Shown: piece after piece, positions 60,743-64,000 of the stretch
How the letters are laid out: every line of letters begins with the position of its first letter
How positions within the stretch are numbered: the first letter of the stretch is position 1
IMG/VR virus record: IMGVR_UViG_3300010346_002920
Span: 3,886 to 67,885 of that record
From: a virus
Taxonomy: Duplodnaviria; Caudoviricetes
Strand: one strand, 5' to 3'
DNA length: 64,000 nt
Notes under the pieces: generated by a model
Seen by the model: the letters and a program-made list of their open reading frames with translations, nothing else
What the model was told of the DNA's origin: nothing
Database searches by the model: none
Program-made: the position numbers and the translations under genes

Positions 60743-61579
60743 ATGACGCTATCCCTCATTGAGAATGTCGATAGCCGGGAGTATTCGGGCGACAGCGTCA
60801 CGCTCCACTACACGCTGCGCGGGACCAGCAGCGACAGCCTGGCCTGGACCACGCTCCTGGCCTCCACGGCGACCAGCTACAACGGGATGCTCCGCGAGAA
60901 GCGCCCGGGCATGAAGCCGATCTGGGTGGACACCGTCGCCCAGAACGGCGACTGGGAGTGCTCGGTCCGCTACTGCCTGCCCGACAAGGTGGAGTCGGAG
61001 GTCGGGACCGTCCGCATCCAGTGGTCCACCAAGGGCGGTAACCAGCACGTCACGCAGTCCATCTCGACCGTAGCCCGCTACGCCCCGGCCGGCAAGACGG
61101 CCACGGACCACAAAGGGGCAATCGGCTACAACGGCCAGGACGTGGAGGGTGTAGACCTGCCCGCCCCCGTGTTCAACTTCCAGGCTACCAAGCGGTTCGC
61201 CTCAGCGGGCCTGCCTTCCCTGGGCACCATCTACGGCCTGACGGCGAAGGTGAACAACGCCCAGTTCTCCGTCACCGATACCGTCACCGGCCAGACCATC
61301 ACGCTGGCTGCCGGGGAGTGCCTGTTCGAGGGCGCCGAGTCTGGGCAGGCCGGGGAAGACGGCAGCATGGACTACGTGTATTCATTCTCCGCCAGCCCGA
61401 ACAAGACCAACTTCGCCGTCGGCGACATCACCGTGGCCGCCAAGAAGGGCTGGGAGTACCTCTGGGTCGAGTACGCCGACGCTGAGGATGGCACCGCCAA
61501 GCGGATCTGCAAGCGCCCCATCGGGGCCCACGTGGAGAAGGTCTTCGAGACGGGCAACTTCGCCGGGCTCGGCCTGTAG
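60743..61579 (+). CDS. distal tail protein (putative)
   Basis: Immediately after the tape measure gene; beta-rich. Confidence 0.6.
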   Translation: MTLSLIENVDSREYSGDSVTLHYTLRGTSSDSLAWTTLLASTATSYNGMLREKRPGMKPIWVDTVAQNGDWECSVRYCLPDKVESEVGTVRIQWSTKGGNQHVTQSISTVARYAPAGKTATDHKGAIGYNGQDVEGVDLPAPVFNFQATKRFASAGLPSLGTIYGLTAKVNNAQFSVTDTVTGQTITLAAGECLFEGAESGQAGEDGSMDYVYSFSASPNKTNFAVGDITVAAKKGWEYLWVEYADAEDGTAKRICKRPIGAHVEKVFETGNFAGLGL

Positions 61580-61588
61580 GAGACGATC

Positions 61589-61870
61589 ATGCCCATACGT
61601 GCGGGAACCATCGACGCCGACAACGTGCCCGAGCCGGGCAGCATCTACAGCCTGACCGTCCGCCGCGGGGCGGAGGACCCCCGCACGGGCATCAAGACGA
61701 CCATGCCGCTGTGCGTCCGCCTGGCCGTCGTGTCGGCTTCCGCCGCCGGCGGCATCGTGCTGAGCCCCCCGGACGGGCCAGAACTCAGCGTCACGGTCCA
61801 GGAGTTTAACCAGCGCATCGCCCCGCACGTTGTCGCCGCCTACGGGCCGCCCCCGGAGGAAACCACGTGA
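61589..61870 (+). CDS. hypothetical protein
   Basis: AGGAG RBS; coupled to the next gene. Confidence 0.5.
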   Translation: MPIRAGTIDADNVPEPGSIYSLTVRRGAEDPRTGIKTTMPLCVRLAVVSASAAGGIVLSPPDGPELSVTVQEFNQRIAPHVVAAYGPPPEETT

Positions 61871-63066
61871 GCCACGTCCAGAAGGGACAACCTCTCCGCG
61901 GCAACCTCACGGCCGAGGCGTGGAACGGAGCGATGGACGCCGCCGCGGACCTGGCGGCCCGGCGGAACACCACGGGCCGCGACTGGCTGGAGACCTTCCG
62001 CCAGGCCGACATCGTCCGAATCCGCAACGACAGCGGTTACGCCCGTAGCCGTTTCGACATTCTGGGCGTCGATGACGTGGTGATCTCCCCCACGGACAAT
62101 CTCGACGAGTTCAAGAGCCGGCCAGCCCTGGCCGGGGTCAAGCCGGACGTGAAGAAGCACATCGCCCGCTTCGCCGTGCTCCTGGAGCCCCTGGCAGCGA
62201 GCGCGATCGGCATGGCGGTGGTCGCCGGCGTGACGGTGGTCCAGGTGGACGTGAAAGACGAGGGTCACTGGTGCGCCGAGGTCGAGGACGAGGGCACCGA
62301 CCACCTGGTCAGCGCCGGGGCCGGCTCGGCGAAGATCCTGTGGAAGGAATCCGGAACCGGCGTGAAATGGGCCGTGGTCCGCCTGGGGCACCTGGAGCTC
62401 GTCCGCTGGGGCAAGGCGATGACCAACTGGCACAACGCCGCCGGCAACGGAAGTTGGGTCATGGTCCACCCCTGCAAGGACAGGGACGGGACGGACGAGG
62501 ACACCGCCGTCGAGGTCAAGGTGTATCTGCCCCGCAGCGGCCTCGTTGCATCGCCGGAAGGCACCGAAGACCCCAATGTCATCGGCGGGGCCATCATCCC
62601 GTTCGAGTACGACACCAACGGCGACGCCATCTGTGTCGGCACGTTCCTGGACGGCGTAATCAACAAGACCGTCCAGATGTGGATCGGCAGCCCGGCCAAC
62701 ATCGGCACGGAGCGCCCCGGCTGGACCGATGCCGGCTACGGCAAGTACTTCCCGGTCGGCTACCTGGCCAGCGACCCAGACTACGGCACGATCGGGGCGA
62801 CGGGCGGTTACAAGTGGCACGGCGAGACCGAGAACAACCACCCGAATCACAACCTCTCGCACACGCACCCGGTTTACGTCTGCTCGCCAGGAAATCAGGA
62901 GAACGACTACCCCTTCGGCGTGTTAGACCATTTCACGCTCGACGCGACCTGGTACAACGCACACTACAACCACCACCACGGCCCCTTCAACGACGGCATC
63001 GACACCGACAACCGACCGCCGTGGAAGGTCCTGTTCTACATCAAGAGGATCGACAACAGTGTTTGA
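61867..63066 (+). CDS. tail/baseplate-associated protein
   Basis: GTGA coupling; VRIRNDSG...RFDILG...FAVLLEPLA...WAVVRLG. Confidence 0.6.
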   Translation: MSHVQKGQPLRGNLTAEAWNGAMDAAADLAARRNTTGRDWLETFRQADIVRIRNDSGYARSRFDILGVDDVVISPTDNLDEFKSRPALAGVKPDVKKHIARFAVLLEPLAASAIGMAVVAGVTVVQVDVKDEGHWCAEVEDEGTDHLVSAGAGSAKILWKESGTGVKWAVVRLGHLELVRWGKAMTNWHNAAGNGSWVMVHPCKDRDGTDEDTAVEVKVYLPRSGLVASPEGTEDPNVIGGAIIPFEYDTNGDAICVGTFLDGVINKTVQMWIGSPANIGTERPGWTDAGYGKYFPVGYLASDPDYGTIGATGGYKWHGETENNHPNHNLSHTHPVYVCSPGNQENDYPFGVLDHFTLDATWYNAHYNHHHGPFNDGIDTDNRPPWKVLFYIKRIDNSV

Positions 63067-63577
63067 CCCGCAGAGAACTCTCGCCGTCATTCACGCCTAC
63101 CCGGACGGGCGGGCCGATGGGAAACTGATCGGCTTCCTGCTGGAACAGGCCCGCATCCCCCTGGGCCAGCTCGTCTACACCAACAAGCGGTACATCCCCG
63201 CGGCCTACAATTCCGCCGTGCGGGACGCCCTGCGGTCGCCCTTCGAGCATTTCATCTTCGCTGACCACGACGTTCGTCCGGGGCGCCCGGCCCTGCCGTT
63301 CCTGGAGGCCGAAGGGGATATCGTCTGCTGCCCCTGCAATCTGGAGAACAACGCCGTCTGGGGCGACCCGCTCGCCTTCCACTGCGGACTGTGGCACGCC
63401 GGCCGCCAGGCCCTGCTGAAGATTCCGCCGCCGTGGTTCCTGGAGGAATACGCCCCCGACGGCTGCGAACTGGTCAGGTGCGTCTGCCGCTACTTCGCGG
63501 ACAAGGCCCGCGCCGCGGGCCTGTCCGTCACTCGCGCAGGGTGGTGCGAGCACCTCACCAGGCACGTGAGCGCCTGA
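63059..63577 (+). CDS. GT-A-fold (GT2-like) glycosyltransferase-like protein
   Basis: NSAVRDAL, FIFADHD (DxD), HCGLW...LLKIPPPWF, FADKARAAG. Confidence 0.55.
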   Translation: MFDPQRTLAVIHAYPDGRADGKLIGFLLEQARIPLGQLVYTNKRYIPAAYNSAVRDALRSPFEHFIFADHDVRPGRPALPFLEAEGDIVCCPCNLENNAVWGDPLAFHCGLWHAGRQALLKIPPPWFLEEYAPDGCELVRCVCRYFADKARAAGLSVTRAGWCEHLTRHVSA

Positions 63578-63592
63578 CCGGACAGCCTGCCG

Positions 63593-64000
63593 TCATTTCT
63601 TCAGGGTGAACTCGCCCCGGCCGACCTTCTTGAATCGTTTGTCGGACAGCAGCATGTTGTTGACCACGCTACGGAACGTCTTGGCTTTGCTCTTGTAGCC
63701 GGCGGCCAGCACGCCCGCTATCGCCTCGGGGATCGTGACCTTGGCCTTGCCTACCAGGCAGGCAGCCAGGGCATCGGCCAAGCTGATCTTGTTCCGGGCC
63801 CGCCGGCGCCGCCGTATCTTCCCTGGTGCTTTCGCGACTGTCGGTTCGGCCGCCTCCGCAGCATCCAGCCCCTGAATCTCTGCAATACGCCGATCCAACT
63901 CGTCGCGTTGGGCGATGAGCGTGGGCAGCAGTTTCTGGCGGCGGACGATTTCCTTCTGCAAGACAGCAAGCGGTACGTTGGTGAGACCTCGCCTGGGCAT
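63593..64000 (-). CDS. basic coiled-coil plus winged-helix DNA-binding protein
   Basis: LADALAACL...VLAAGYKSKAKTFRSVVNNMLLSDKRFKKVGRGEF. ATG at the window edge. Confidence 0.65.
   Translation of the reverse strand: MPRRGLTNVPLAVLQKEIVRRQKLLPTLIAQRDELDRRIAEIQGLDAAEAAEPTVAKAPGKIRRRRRARNKISLADALAACLVGKAKVTIPEAIAGVLAAGYKSKAKTFRSVVNNMLLSDKRFKKVGRGEFTLKK

Larger units (their letters stand above)
25919..64000. mobile_element. siphovirus-like prophage, continuing beyond the right edge
   Basis: Ordered modules: integrase, regulation, replication, packaging, head and tail, beginning at a tRNA 3' repeat. Confidence 0.9.

Overview
High-GC bacterial window, probably Planctomycetota (inferred from gene types, not verified). 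It reads as two mobile elements in tandem around a decayed tRNA-Pro-like att region at about 25.55-25.98 kb. LEFT (1-25586): the distal end of one element followed by two accessory cargo blocks, each headed by a near-identical sigma70 promoter plus an excisionase-like HTH gene. Block A holds a frameshifted NucS/DUF91-like remnant, then a tightly coupled operon: membrane-anchored GTPase, membrane partner, N-terminally anchored Rhs protein with an HNH-type tip, and SMI1/KNR4 immunity protein. Block B holds three DNA methyltransferase/RM genes, then a coupled operon: SMC-like ATPase, HEAT-repeat histidine kinase, response regulator, DUF1883-TIR, small ORF. MIDDLE: a 14-bp tRNA 3' direct repeat flanks a terminator and a GIY-YIG gene whose stop codon lies in the D-loop of an anticodon-less tRNA-Pro remnant. 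RIGHT (25919-64000, running off the edge): a siphovirus-like prophage. It has a large serine recombinase whose C-terminus is encoded antisense to the tRNA remnant, and a sigma-like regulator. Its replication module (Gp157, AAA_24, DUF669, RusA, helicase, Prim-Pol) is followed by an AT-rich palindrome cluster, a split ParB/methyltransferase set, terminase, tRNA-Met(CAT), portal, fused protease-capsid and tail genes. A collagen-like fibre gene sits next to glycosyltransferase and methyltransferase genes. The best candidates for undescribed systems are the GTPase-partner-Rhs-SMI1 operon, the ATPase-HEAT kinase-RR-TIR operon linked to RM genes, and the fibre glycosylation module. Several candidate small RNAs were found by eye. 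All family assignments are from motif recognition; no database search was run.
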